A stretch of DNA of 64,000 nt from Escherichia phage T4, in the sequence record OL964745.1; one strand, written 5' to 3'. Under the pieces are notes generated by a model that was given only the letters and a program-made list of their open reading frames with translations, was not told where the DNA came from and did no database searches. Positions 9,223 through 19,697 of this stretch are shown piece by piece. The translations under genes and the position numbers were made by a program. Each line of letters opens with the position of its first letter. The stretch's first letter is position 1.

Positions 9223-9825
9223 TTATAGATTAAATCCTTCAAAATCAAGAGTATAGATAGTGTATGTTGAACACTTTTTATACTCATATCTATCTGCAAT
9301 TCTAAATACACTTCCAGCTGGTATCATTACTTCTTGTTCATCTGAAACTAATTCCATATTACGATAACGATGACTATCCGGAAACTTAAAGTTTGGATTG
9401 TATTCTTTACAGCGTAGAGCTTTTATAGCATACTCCTGGAAATTGAATACCATAGGAGCTTTGAATTCAAAAATAACTTGTGTGTTATACTCTAAACCAG
9501 AAGCAAAATGTAGAGCTATATTTTTATCATATGAAGCTGATACGACTTTATCAAATGTAATAATATCAATTCCTTGATTTAATACTTGTTTAGTCTCAGC
9601 TGGAACACCTCTCCAAAGAGGTTTATCGTTTGGAACCAAACGAGATTTGATTATTTCATTTAACCAAGAATGGTCATCTGGTTTATTAGTAATACAATGA
9701 ATTAAAAGTTCAATTTCAGATAAATTAAACCCTTCAGAAAGTAATTCTTCACGAATAGAAGCACGCACCGATGCATCCATTGATTTTATTTTAAAATCTT
9801 TTAGTTGCATTACTGAGTATTTCAT
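9223..9825 (-). CDS. modA: ADP-ribosyltransferase ModA
   Basis: 200-aa ORF adjacent to a 207-aa paralogue; size and order match T4 modA/modB. Confidence 0.75.
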   Translation of the reverse strand: MKYSVMQLKDFKIKSMDASVRASIREELLSEGFNLSEIELLIHCITNKPDDHSWLNEIIKSRLVPNDKPLWRGVPAETKQVLNQGIDIITFDKVVSASYDKNIALHFASGLEYNTQVIFEFKAPMVFNFQEYAIKALRCKEYNPNFKFPDSHRYRNMELVSDEQEVMIPAGSVFRIADRYEYKKCSTYTIYTLDFEGFNL

Positions 9826-10445
9826 TCAACTACCTCAATATCATAAACTTTAAATGTTCCAAATGAATCGTGTAATTTTTCTTTTGAAATAGAAGTTATT
9901 TTATACTTTCCAATTGGAATCATCCATTCTTGTTCACGCACAATCATCATTAAGTTATCAGTACGCTCTGAATCTAATCCATCAGTATCTTCATACGTGT
10001 ACTTAAACTCAGTATTAGGAGAAGAAAGTATAATATCGCTGATATGGTCAGAATAATTAAAAGCTTTATCAGTTTTTAAACGAAGTATTGTTTCAGTGAA
10101 ATATTCAGCATAAGAAAAAGAACACGCTGTATGCAAACTAGTAGTAAATGAATCTACCCTGTTCGTTGAAAACACTTCTCCAACTTGTAAATCTTTAATG
10201 AGTTCTTTTGTCGATTTTGATATACCACGATATAATTGATAAGGCGATTTAGTTAAATGCTTTTTAATGATTTCATTTAAATGCTTATGAAGAGCTTCAT
10301 TCTTTTTGGCTTCCATACATTGCCAAAGAACAGACTGCTCAAAGTCAGTAAATTTTTCACAGACCTTTTTATACATATCATATTGAAAATCAACGCTTTC
10401 AGCTTTTATAGATAACTGTTCAACATCTGCAAGATTAATAATCAT
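9822..10445 (-). CDS. modB: ADP-ribosyltransferase ModB
   Basis: 207-aa paralogue of the preceding ORF. Confidence 0.75.
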   Translation of the reverse strand: MIINLADVEQLSIKAESVDFQYDMYKKVCEKFTDFEQSVLWQCMEAKKNEALHKHLNEIIKKHLTKSPYQLYRGISKSTKELIKDLQVGEVFSTNRVDSFTTSLHTACSFSYAEYFTETILRLKTDKAFNYSDHISDIILSSPNTEFKYTYEDTDGLDSERTDNLMMIVREQEWMIPIGKYKITSISKEKLHDSFGTFKVYDIEVVE

Positions 10446-10512
10446 GATAGCCTCCGTATACTTCAGAAGCTATCATATCATCGTTAGAAAGGAAAGTAAA
10501 CAACTTTTTGAA

Positions 10513-10695
10513 TTATTTTGCCCAGGGAGCCCAAGGCGGAGGGTCAAGATGGTATGAAGCTAGTTCTTCTAGAAGAGCATCTGGGGCTTCAATTCCATAA
10601 TTCTGTAATACTATACGGTACTCTTTCTTATAATCACTAGAATCATTCTGGTTATTCGTAGAATGATTATCTTCTAACATCTCAAATAAATCCAT
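10513..10695 (-). CDS. hypothetical protein (60 aa)
   Basis: ORF track. Confidence 0.35.
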   Translation of the reverse strand: MDLFEMLEDNHSTNNQNDSSDYKKEYRIVLQNYGIEAPDALLEELASYHLDPPPWAPWAK

Positions 10696-10703
10696 ATTAA
10701 TTC

Positions 10704-11174
10704 CTAGCGATAAAAACCAAATTTACGATTAGTTTCAATGATCTTTCTTTCTTCTTCGGACATTCTCCAGCGTAGTCCAACATCAAAATGAGCCCAGACC
10801 ATCCTAACAAATGCATTTATATCTTTAATATCTTCAATAATGAATGTTTTACTTTTAGAAGGTTGACTCGCTAATTTAACTTTATCGTCTTCAAACATGT
10901 CAAAAAGACCATATTCATGAGCTCTTTTATAGCCTTTAATAGTTAAAGCTTCAGAAGAAGAAAATGGTGAATCTGTATTCTGCAAAATATCTTCAGTATG
11001 CTTTATAATTAGAATAATATTTTCTGGATATTTTCTTTCTTTTATATCTTTAATTAAAAAATCCGGATTTTCTGCTAAAGGAATAATTAATGAGCAATTT
11101 TTATCAAGTGTATTTACTGATTTACCTTCTTTAGACATAAATTCTATTGAATATAATTTTGCTACTTCAATCAT
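10704..11174 (-). CDS. hypothetical protein (156 aa)
   Basis: ORF track. Confidence 0.45.
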
Positions 11175-11327
11175 GTGATTTCCTTTTGCCTACTAATGGA
11201 CCGTCAGGAATTTTATTTTCCTGGATATATTTCTCATTTTCTTCCATCATTTTACTGCCAATTTTAAGAAGCAAATCCATTGCTTCATTTGCTTTTGCTT
11301 TAGCTTCTTCTAACGTCATATCTTTGT

Positions 11328-11531
11328 TCATGATTTATCACCATAGATGTCTCTCATCAATTTAAGCGCTGAGCGTTCTAGTTTCTTTTCTTTCTCAGCA
11401 CTAATCATTGATTTCATCCATTCTTCTGATTCATTCTGCATTTCTTTATTTGCTTGTTCAACCCAACCGTCATCAATATACATTGAGTTTGGTCTATTGA
11501 ACCATTCAAGCATCTTCTTCAGAACTTTCAT
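11328..11531 (-). CDS. hypothetical protein (67 aa)
   Basis: ORF track. Confidence 0.4.
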
Positions 11532-11805
11532 TCGTTTTACCTAAAACAATAGTAGGAGCATCGTCAAATTTATGAATTTTTAGCAAATTTGGATTTAAAT
11601 TATTCCATAAAGAGGTAATAAAATATGATAGCGCACTTTCGTCCGTAATTATAAATTTATTTCCTTTATCTATTTTCCAATCATATATTGAATCATATGA
11701 ATAGAAGGATAACGGTTTATTATTATAATATGCTTCAGCAACATCAATAGTTAGATTTAGTAAATGCTTGAATTGCCATAAATGGAGAATTTTGTACAGT
11801 TTCAA
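11506..11805 (-). CDS. hypothetical protein (99 aa); may be the 3' part of a frameshifted gene
   Basis: Overlaps the next ORF by 62 nt in another frame. Confidence 0.35.
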
Positions 11806-11971
11806 TAATTCCGATCTTTTTAAGTTTTATTTCAACATCTTCTGGAATTGGCATTGAAATAAAATCTTCTACTAGATACATATTATTGTCATATCTTTTA
11901 TCAATCATTACTGCTACAGTAATTGGAACATCCTTGACAAACGCCATACTTACTATTGATAGACATTTCAA
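11744..11971 (-). CDS. hypothetical protein (75 aa); may be the 5' part of a frameshifted gene
   Basis: ORF track; long overlap with 11506..11805. Confidence 0.35.
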
Positions 11972-11995
11972 ACAAAATTGCTTCCATAATTTTCC

Positions 11996-12229
11996 TCAAT
12001 CACAAGATGTAGATGAACAACTAGAATCACAAGAACTTCCACATGAATCACCTGCCCATACATGAACAGGAACATTAGTATCATATGAATCAGAACTAGA
12101 CTGTGTATTCTGTGTGTTAGATGATGTAGTAGGTGTTGACCAGCGCCAAGGATTTTTATAATATTCTTGGGCTTCTTCATAAGTCATAGTAACTGCTTCT
12201 ACTGTTCCATCTCCCATAAACATATTCAA
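11996..12229 (-). CDS. hypothetical Cys/Ser-rich protein (77 aa)
   Basis: C-terminal CGSSCDSSCSSTSCD. The overlapping 11968..12180 ORF is judged spurious. Confidence 0.4.
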   Translation of the reverse strand: MNMFMGDGTVEAVTMTYEEAQEYYKNPWRWSTPTTSSNTQNTQSSSDSYDTNVPVHVWAGDSCGSSCDSSCSSTSCD

Positions 12230-12334
12230 CTACAGTTAAAGGAAGGTAGTCATTTGAAATAGGAACTACACCTTCCCCAGGAGTTGTAGAGAAAAAATCC
12301 GTAAAGAAACTTTTAAACCAATTAAAGATAAACA

Positions 12335-12541
12335 TTACAAAAAGCCTCTTTTGAATTCGACTTGCTTCTCACCATAATCATATCGAATCTCTGCATTAAA
12401 TTCGACAGAACCATCTGCGTACATCATAAATGAATGCACAACAACTTCTGTAGACCATGGTTGTAGTTCATATTTCTTCATTACATGTCGTGAAATGATA
12501 ATATCTAAATCTTCATTTGGTTTAATCCAACGATTTAACAT
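12335..12541 (-). CDS. hypothetical protein (68 aa)
   Basis: ORF track. Confidence 0.4.
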   Translation of the reverse strand: MLNRWIKPNEDLDIIISRHVMKKYELQPWSTEVVVHSFMMYADGSVEFNAEIRYDYGEKQVEFKRGFL

Positions 12542-12604
12542 AGTACTCTCCTCTATAAGATAATTCTATTATACCATACTCATTTTGGAAAGTAAACCAT
12601 TTAA

Positions 12605-12633
12605 ATGAAAAAAGGACTCCCGAAGGAGTCCTT
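12605..12633 (-). terminator. rho-independent terminator after soc
   Basis: Minus RNA GGACUCC-UUCG-GGAGUCC followed by UUUUUU. Confidence 0.6.
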
Positions 12634-12639
12634 GAGTTA

Positions 12640-12882
12640 TTAACCAGTTACTTTCCACAAATCTTCATTTGCAGCAATCCATTCAGTACGTTGATTTTCT
12701 TCATATACTGTAGAATATGCTGCTTTTTCTGAAGGGAATGTCTGGTAATGAGCGCCAGAAATTTTGTGAACGTCAGAATAAAGAGGGAAAGCTACAGAAA
12801 TTTCCTTTCCTTCAATTTTCTTATTTCCATCTAATTTCTGCTCAAATGTTTTGATATTAACATAACCGCGAGTACTAGCCAT
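12640..12882 (-). CDS. soc: small outer capsid protein Soc
   Basis: 80-aa ORF MASTRGYVNIKTFEQKLDGNKKIEG... matches T4 Soc as recalled. Confidence 0.95.
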   Translation of the reverse strand: MASTRGYVNIKTFEQKLDGNKKIEGKEISVAFPLYSDVHKISGAHYQTFPSEKAAYSTVYEENQRTEWIAANEDLWKVTG

Positions 12883-12914
12883 GTAATTCTCCTTTATTTA
12901 AATTACATGATTAT

Positions 12915-13505
12915 TTATACATCTTCTTTTCTGAATAAGTAAATTAAATTCTTAAGAGCCGAACTTGTTACATCATATTTTCCTTTAAGCGCCTTTACAA
13001 CCGGGCCTGTTGCTGGTTTACCTAAAGAAACCCATAACTCGTGTATTTCGCTTTTAAGTGGTTCATGCCAATGCGGTGCTTTTCTTTGCGCCCTTGAAGT
13101 TCCTTCTGAAATCTTTTTATTTCCGCCATTCGAATAAAACTTTTTCATTACTTCAGATTGCCGAGCTTTTCTTTCTGCCCTATTTTGGGCTATACGTTGT
13201 GAATTCTTCATCCGAGTTTTTGTTTCAGGATTGTTTAATCTAAGTTTATGTTCTAATCGTTGTTGCTCAGTCCATTTTCTTCCTTCTCCACCCTGACCAC
13301 CAGGAGAAATATTAATGCAAGTATCTGGGTGTTTACGTTTTAATGCAGATTAGCTCACGTTCAACTTCATATGATTTTTCTCTAGAACCATGGCATTTTG
13401 ACCATCGTATTTTATAATTATCCATACTTACGATATATGTTCCATAGTATTTTACCTGAACCCGGATATTTATCATTATATGGATTTACAATAAATGATT
13501 CATGT
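12915..13505 (-). pseudogene. segF: segF-like homing endonuclease remnant in at least three frames
   Basis: Fragments ..YPGSGKILWNIYRKYG*, MDNYKIRWSKCHGSREKSYEVERELICIKT*, and a 144-codon C-terminal frame with ISPGGQGGEGRKWTEQQRLEHK; resemble SegA/SegB. No intact GIY-YIG N-terminus. Confidence 0.45.
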
Positions 13506-13514
13506 TTCCCAGCG

Positions 13515-13540
13515 TACCAAAAGACGCCTTTCGGCGTCCT
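13515..13540 (-). terminator. hairpin terminator after gene 56
   Basis: Minus RNA GACGCC-GAAA-GGCGUC followed by UUUUGG. Confidence 0.55.
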
Positions 13541-13572
13541 AACTTTTACTATATGTTCTATAAAATTTTTGT

Positions 13573-14103
13573 TTAATATCCATTATCTTGACGTTCAAAA
13601 TTATGTTTGTTCTTCAGATAATAAAGTTTAAAGATTTCTTCCGCATTCATTCCAAGGCCAACAAACATATTTAATACGAAATGAAATATATCCACAAGCT
13701 CAAATTTAATTTCGAGCTGGTCTTCGGGGGACATTTCATCAATGCGTTTTTCTTGCGCTTCAATATAACGTGCTTTCCATTTTTTCCATACAGCAGAAGC
13801 TTCTTTTTCACCACGTGACATTTCACCAAGAGAAGTCAGAAGTTCGCGGAATTCATCATCAATACAGTCTTTTTGTTCACGCATCCAAGAAACAACATCA
13901 CCGGCAGTTTCTAATTTATCTGGATGATAGCAGTATTCGCGGACATTAGCCAAACGAATCTGTAAAGACCGCTGCATATCAAGCATAACTTGCAGCGGAT
14001 CTTTTTCATCACCGAGAATATCCCAGTATTCATTTTGAGCTTTATCAACACCTTCGATCAAATGAGCACATTCATTAAAGTGAGCCATTAGTTTTCCTTT
14101 CAA
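13573..14103 (-). CDS. 56: dCTP/dUTP pyrophosphatase gp56 (MazG-like)
   Basis: 176-aa all-alpha ORF at the T4 gene 56 position. Confidence 0.8.
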   Translation of the reverse strand: MKGKLMAHFNECAHLIEGVDKAQNEYWDILGDEKDPLQVMLDMQRSLQIRLANVREYCYHPDKLETAGDVVSWMREQKDCIDDEFRELLTSLGEMSRGEKEASAVWKKWKARYIEAQEKRIDEMSPEDQLEIKFELVDIFHFVLNMFVGLGMNAEEIFKLYYLKNKHNFERQDNGY

Positions 14104-14123
14104 TTCATTAATAAGTTAAATAA

Positions 14124-14920
<797 letters not shown>

Positions 14921-15220
14921 ATTCTCTCATTTATTGCAGCAAAAATGAATTATACAATTCTTCATCATATGTATTTGATAGTAATACTAACACGTTTTGC
15001 GATAAATATTAATTTAAAGGAGGATATGGTACAAAAATTAATGGCACTTGTTAATGCCATAAAAGGTAATAAGAAACGTATAGCTTTTACTTTCTGCTAT
15101 GGTAGGAATTTTACTCTGGAACTTTATTTTATCACCTGTTGCAATTGCACATGGTGTTAATATTCCAGTAGTTACTCTTGATACATTCGTAGATTTAGCA
15201 TTTGCTTTAGTTGGGTTAAT

Positions 15221-16249
15221 TTAAATCTTAGCATATTTAGATAGCCGCATTTTAGCCATTAACCCCTGGGCAATATTATTTTTCATATATTCCATAATTT
15301 GTTCAGGGGTTGCACCTTCCTTTCTAATCATATCATTAACATCTTTTGATTTCCAGGGAGATTTATCCCAAAACATAACCCTTTCTCCTGCATCAACTAA
15401 TTTAGTCATTCGTTTAATAGTGTCAGGGTGACGAGGTTCATTATCTAAGACCCACACACGTCTATCTTTAAATGGAACAACTTCTAGGTCTAATTGACCG
15501 CCCGTAATAGCTATACCATTTTCAATAAAAAGTGAATCTATAGGTCCTTCTAGAACATATACATCACCATCTTTAACTCGTTCGACTCCATAGATTTTTG
15601 TTGCCTCAGGATAAGCTTTGATGGTGATATATTTTTGAGGAGCATCTTTCTTTAATGCACGTCCTTGAAAAGACTCAGCTTTTCCATTAGCATTATAAAT
15701 TGGAATAACAAGACGAGGCTCAGAAATTTCCTTTTTGTATGTTCCCGGTGCTATGCTATTAACTAATTTAGGCCATTCGGTTGTAAACCAAAGATATTTC
15801 CATTTATCCTTTGGAATACAACGAGCTTTTACGTATTTTATAATTGGATGGTCTTCCGCCAGTTTATCTAATCTAACACATGACGGAAGAGATTTAATTA
15901 TTTTCTTCTCGGGTTGTTTAGGAAGTTCTTTAGGTTTTTCTATTGGACGACTTTTACCTTTTTCTTTTCTTATTTCAAAGATATACTCACGATATAAATC
16001 GGGTTCAAACTCCTTTAAATATATTCCGATTGGTGCATGATAGTTACAGTTATAACAATGAATATTTCCTTCATTATTATCACCATAATACCATCCACGG
16101 GCTTTATTCTGGTCGGTTTTTGAATCTCCACAAACAGGGCATCTAAACCGTAATTTAAAAGTTGAACTATTATTTACTTGTGTGAATTTAGGTAAATGAG
16201 CTAATGCACGGTATGCAAACTCATTATCAATCCAAGGTATTGATGACAT
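15221..16249 (-). CDS. 61: DNA primase gp61
   Basis: 342-aa ORF with N-terminal zinc ribbon (CPVCGDS...CYNC) and TOPRIM-like region. Confidence 0.92.
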   Translation of the reverse strand: MSSIPWIDNEFAYRALAHLPKFTQVNNSSTFKLRFRCPVCGDSKTDQNKARGWYYGDNNEGNIHCYNCNYHAPIGIYLKEFEPDLYREYIFEIRKEKGKSRPIEKPKELPKQPEKKIIKSLPSCVRLDKLAEDHPIIKYVKARCIPKDKWKYLWFTTEWPKLVNSIAPGTYKKEISEPRLVIPIYNANGKAESFQGRALKKDAPQKYITIKAYPEATKIYGVERVKDGDVYVLEGPIDSLFIENGIAITGGQLDLEVVPFKDRRVWVLDNEPRHPDTIKRMTKLVDAGERVMFWDKSPWKSKDVNDMIRKEGATPEQIMEYMKNNIAQGLMAKMRLSKYAKI

Positions 16250-16251
16250 TT

Positions 16252-16416
16252 TTACTCTTCTTTTTCTTTAGATTCCTCTTTTTTCTTTTTAGGAATCTGT
16301 TCAGGACCTTTATTTACTACAGCGCCTGATGTTGTTCCAGTAGAGATATTTTCAGGATTACCACCTGAATCTCCAGCGACCATATCTTCTTTGATAAATT
16401 CTTTAAATGTTTTCAT
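16252..16416 (-). CDS. small protein (54 aa), 61.1-like
   Basis: Hand translation MKTFKEFIKEDMVAGDSGGNPENIS...KKKKEESKEKEE. Confidence 0.4.
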   Translation of the reverse strand: MKTFKEFIKEDMVAGDSGGNPENISTGTTSGAVVNKGPEQIPKKKKEESKEKEE

Positions 16417-16417
16417 A

Positions 16418-17044
16418 TTAACCTCTATTCATAAAAGCATTAAAAATTTGGTCATCAATAGAAACATTTACTTTAGGCTGTTTTTCAGATGGCAATTCAT
16501 ATCCACATATTACAATTTTATGATCAATATCAAAATACACAGAAGCAATATGATTAATGATATTTTCAGTAAAGTCTAAATCAACATCAATATCTTTTTG
16601 ACCAAAGCCCAAAGGATAAATAATGCGAGTAATTCGATTATCTTTAACAAAGATTCCACCGACATACTCTGTGCTGCGTTTAAAGTCTACACGCCGACGA
16701 AATGAAAAATATTCAGGCTCTTTATGAGCTCGGCTCATAGGACACAACGAATAACTAGAATAAGAGATGTCAAATCCTACGCCTTCAATATGAACTAAAT
16801 TGTCATGATTAAACCAATTATAATCATATGCCAAGTCCATTAGATTGTCATATGTGAAAGGCACCGGATTAACATCATTGGTCACAAGCATATAATTAGC
16901 AACTGCTATAATTTCATTATTTTTAACGAATACAAACCGTGATTGATGCGAATGGCCTGGACCTGCGTTTTCACGATTAATGATATAACACTGGGCACCT
17001 TTATATTTGTACGTGTCTTTACACTTGTGCATTTGATAAAGCAT
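16418..17044 (-). CDS. hypothetical protein (208 aa), 61.2-like
   Basis: ORF track; tightly packed after primase. Confidence 0.5.
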   Translation of the reverse strand: MLYQMHKCKDTYKYKGAQCYIINRENAGPGHSHQSRFVFVKNNEIIAVANYMLVTNDVNPVPFTYDNLMDLAYDYNWFNHDNLVHIEGVGFDISYSSYSLCPMSRAHKEPEYFSFRRRVDFKRSTEYVGGIFVKDNRITRIIYPLGFGQKDIDVDLDFTENIINHIASVYFDIDHKIVICGYELPSEKQPKVNVSIDDQIFNAFMNRG

Positions 17045-17337
17045 TATTCACCTACCACTTCAGCGATGATATTTTTGTTATTAAAGTTTTTATCGCAATA
17101 CAGAACATAATTATACTGCATTACACCACCAGACTTAAGCTGTTTTTGCACTTCAGCTTTCATTTCAGGACGATCACGCTTAACGATATTCATAATATCT
17201 GCTTCAATTTGAGTTTCAACCTCAGTCTGATCCGCAGTCATAGACCATTCGCACAAATCTTTATCATAACCTGCCATAGCAGGCTGAGCAGCACAAGAAG
17301 CTAAAGCAAAAATTGTAGCAAAGATGAATTTTTTCAT
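17044..17337 (-). CDS. sp: Spackle (Sp) periplasmic protein
   Basis: 97-aa ORF with signal peptide MKKFIFATIFALASCAAQPAMA at the T4 sp position. Confidence 0.8.
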   Translation of the reverse strand: MKKFIFATIFALASCAAQPAMAGYDKDLCEWSMTADQTEVETQIEADIMNIVKRDRPEMKAEVQKQLKSGGVMQYNYVLYCDKNFNNKNIIAEVVGE

Positions 17338-17397
17338 GATAATCTCCTCAGTAGTTTATGTTTATATAGTATCTCAATTTCCAACAAAAGTAAACAG

Positions 17398-17697
17398 TTA
17401 TTTTAAAATTTCTGCGTAATCACATGTTACAAACTGTTTCTCTAACTTGACGATTTTACGAAAGTATCTTTTGCATTGGCGAATCTGCCTCTTCGTAGGG
17501 CGAACAGCAAACTTAATAAATTCCACTCGACCAAATGGAGGGCTTTCTTCTGCTGGAATATCTAACACCAATTCCCACGTATCTGCAATAAGTGCTTTGA
17601 ATTGCGTATTTTTCCTGACGTTATACGGAGTAGGTTTAAATAAAACAATATGCATATTATCCTCGGCAATCCACTTCACATACTTTCTTGTCATCAA
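17398..17697 (-). CDS. hypothetical protein (99 aa)
   Basis: ORF track. Confidence 0.4.
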   Translation of the reverse strand: MMTRKYVKWIAEDNMHIVLFKPTPYNVRKNTQFKALIADTWELVLDIPAEESPPFGRVEFIKFAVRPTKRQIRQCKRYFRKIVKLEKQFVTCDYAEILK

Positions 17698-17839
17698 TGA
17701 AAGCTTTAACTAATGCTTTATTAACTTCAGCATATTGAGTAGTAGCCCATTGAACGTCATCTTTCATCATTGTGATTTCTTTAGTAAACATGCTTTCATT
17801 CTTAAACCACCCCATAAAAACTACCTTTACCAATTCCAT
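17657..17839 (-). CDS. dmd: Dmd, discriminator of mRNA degradation
   Basis: 60-aa ORF immediately downstream of gene 41; size and position as in T4. Confidence 0.75.
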   Translation of the reverse strand: MELVKVVFMGWFKNESMFTKEITMMKDDVQWATTQYAEVNKALVKAFIDDKKVCEVDCRG

Positions 17840-17867
17840 AACAATCTCCTCATTTAACCGACAAGAC

Positions 17868-17898
17868 TACTATACCATAGTCTTGTCAGCTTGTAAAC
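17868..17898 (-). promoter_or_regulatory. T4 early promoter upstream of dmd
   Basis: Minus strand GTTTAC (rc 17893-17898) then TGGTATAGT (rc 17868-17876). Confidence 0.45.
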
Positions 17899-19325
17899 TA
17901 AAATTTTAATTCATTCGCCAAAGCATCTAACTGAGCTCGAGTCGATTCATTTCTTTGATAGCGATTCTGCTCAGCCTGAATCTGTTGTGAACCTGCTACT
18001 TCGTTCACTTCAGTTGGAGTAGAATCTTGTTCAATTTCTACCCATTTTTGATTTCCTTTTTGAACACCCATCAAAAACTTATTCCACTTATTCTTATCAC
18101 CATATCGTGATTTGATTTGCTTAATGAGTTGTTGTTCAGCAGCTGCTAGCTCCTCGGTTTCAATGACCGCAAGCATAAAATCGGCTGTTGCTGGAAGACC
18201 GGCAGATTCTGCAATATCGCTCATGTTAACATCGGAAGAGTCCCAAGCTTGTTTACCAACCTGTGCTGCAGTCCAAAGAACAGTTTCGGTTTCAACAGCC
18301 AGAGCACGTAATTCCTCTGCAATAGCTTTAACAGTTGTGTAACTATTTTCTGAATAAACTCTAATGCGGCAAGATTTACAAATACCTAGATAGTCGACAA
18401 TAATGATTGTTGGAACAAAATTCTTCTTGAGCTTCAATTCGTTTAAAAGTGATCGAAATGTATTAGCGTCTGCTCCACCAGTAGGATACTGTTTAACGAT
18501 TAAACGACCAAGAGTAGATTTCTCACGCCATTTTTCCATTTTTCCTTTATACTCAGCGTAAGAAATATGCCCATCATCAATGTCATCAAGAGAAACATCA
18601 AGCATATTAGCGTCAATACGTTTAGCACAGACTTCTTCTGCCATTTCCATGGAAATGTAAAGAACATTATGTCCGAGCTGTAAATAATCTGCCGCTAATG
18701 AACACAATCCTAATGATTTACCAACGTTAACGCCAGCCATTAAAACGTTCAGTGTTCCAGTTTCAGCTCCGCCTTTCGTAATTTTGTTCAGAATTCTGAG
18801 TTTAAATGGAACCTTACGAGCTTTATTCATATAAGATAGCCAACGTGCTTCGTAGTCATCCATCCAATCATGACCAACGTAACTATCAAATGAAATTGAT
18901 AATGCCTGGCGCATGATGTCAGGAATAGCACCAACATCCGGCATTTTCTTATTTCGTTTTTCCGGAGGAAGCTCAGCATTAGTTTGAATTTCGATTATTT
19001 TAGACGTAGCATTAAACATCGCCCTTTGCTGAACATATTTTTCTGTTTCTTTTACTAACCAGCTGTGGTCTTCCGGAGAATCAGCCAGTTTTGAAATAAG
19101 TGTTTTTACACCAGAATATTCTGTTTCAGTAAATGAACTATTTTCTAATGCAACATTTAACGCATTAATAGATGGAACGCTATGGTACTCATTAACATGA
19201 GATTTAATTAATTTGAATGTATTTTTAGCTGGACCACTTTCAAAATATTCTGAATCCATATATGGCCAAACTTTTGAAAAATAAGCTTGATCAAATATGA
19301 GATGAGAAAGAATAATTTCTACCAC
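17898..19325 (-). CDS. 41: replicative DNA helicase gp41 (DnaB-like)
   Basis: 475-aa ORF with Walker A GVNVGKS and RecA-like fold motifs. Confidence 0.95.
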   Translation of the reverse strand: MVEIILSHLIFDQAYFSKVWPYMDSEYFESGPAKNTFKLIKSHVNEYHSVPSINALNVALENSSFTETEYSGVKTLISKLADSPEDHSWLVKETEKYVQQRAMFNATSKIIEIQTNAELPPEKRNKKMPDVGAIPDIMRQALSISFDSYVGHDWMDDYEARWLSYMNKARKVPFKLRILNKITKGGAETGTLNVLMAGVNVGKSLGLCSLAADYLQLGHNVLYISMEMAEEVCAKRIDANMLDVSLDDIDDGHISYAEYKGKMEKWREKSTLGRLIVKQYPTGGADANTFRSLLNELKLKKNFVPTIIIVDYLGICKSCRIRVYSENSYTTVKAIAEELRALAVETETVLWTAAQVGKQAWDSSDVNMSDIAESAGLPATADFMLAVIETEELAAAEQQLIKQIKSRYGDKNKWNKFLMGVQKGNQKWVEIEQDSTPTEVNEVAGSQQIQAEQNRYQRNESTRAQLDALANELKF

Positions 19326-19334
19326 ACTTACTCC

Positions 19335-19697
19335 TTAAAAGAATTTAAATTTTTTCTTTGACCTTTTATTAAATGCATCTTGCAGTTGCATTGTAATACA
19401 TTTTTCTACATGAGGAGCTAACTCAGCTTTTCTTTCTTGGTCAAGAACAGCAAAGTCCATTACAACCTTTCCATCAACCCAATCCAGTTTAGTTACATAC
19501 ACTATATGCGTAGAACCATCTTCTAGTTTAATGACAATCTCCTGGATAACATTTTCCATAGCAGATTTAATTATCTTAAGAGACTCATTAAAAAGACGTT
19601 CTTTTCTTTCTTCTTCCCCCTCCGAAGAGGGGGATTCATCGATAATTTCTAGATCTAAATCTAAATCATCTTTATTCATTAAATTCTTCCATATCAC
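19335..19697 (-). CDS. 40: gp40-like protein (120 aa)
   Basis: ORF between uvsX and 41, as in T4. Confidence 0.55.
   Translation of the reverse strand: MIWKNLMNKDDLDLDLEIIDESPSSEGEEERKERLFNESLKIIKSAMENVIQEIVIKLEDGSTHIVYVTKLDWVDGKVVMDFAVLDQERKAELAPHVEKCITMQLQDAFNKRSKKKFKFF

Noticed and set aside
11968-12180. 70-aa ORF overlapping 11996..12229
   Set aside because: Entirely overlaps the more plausible 77-aa ORF in another frame; His/Leu-rich low-complexity translation.
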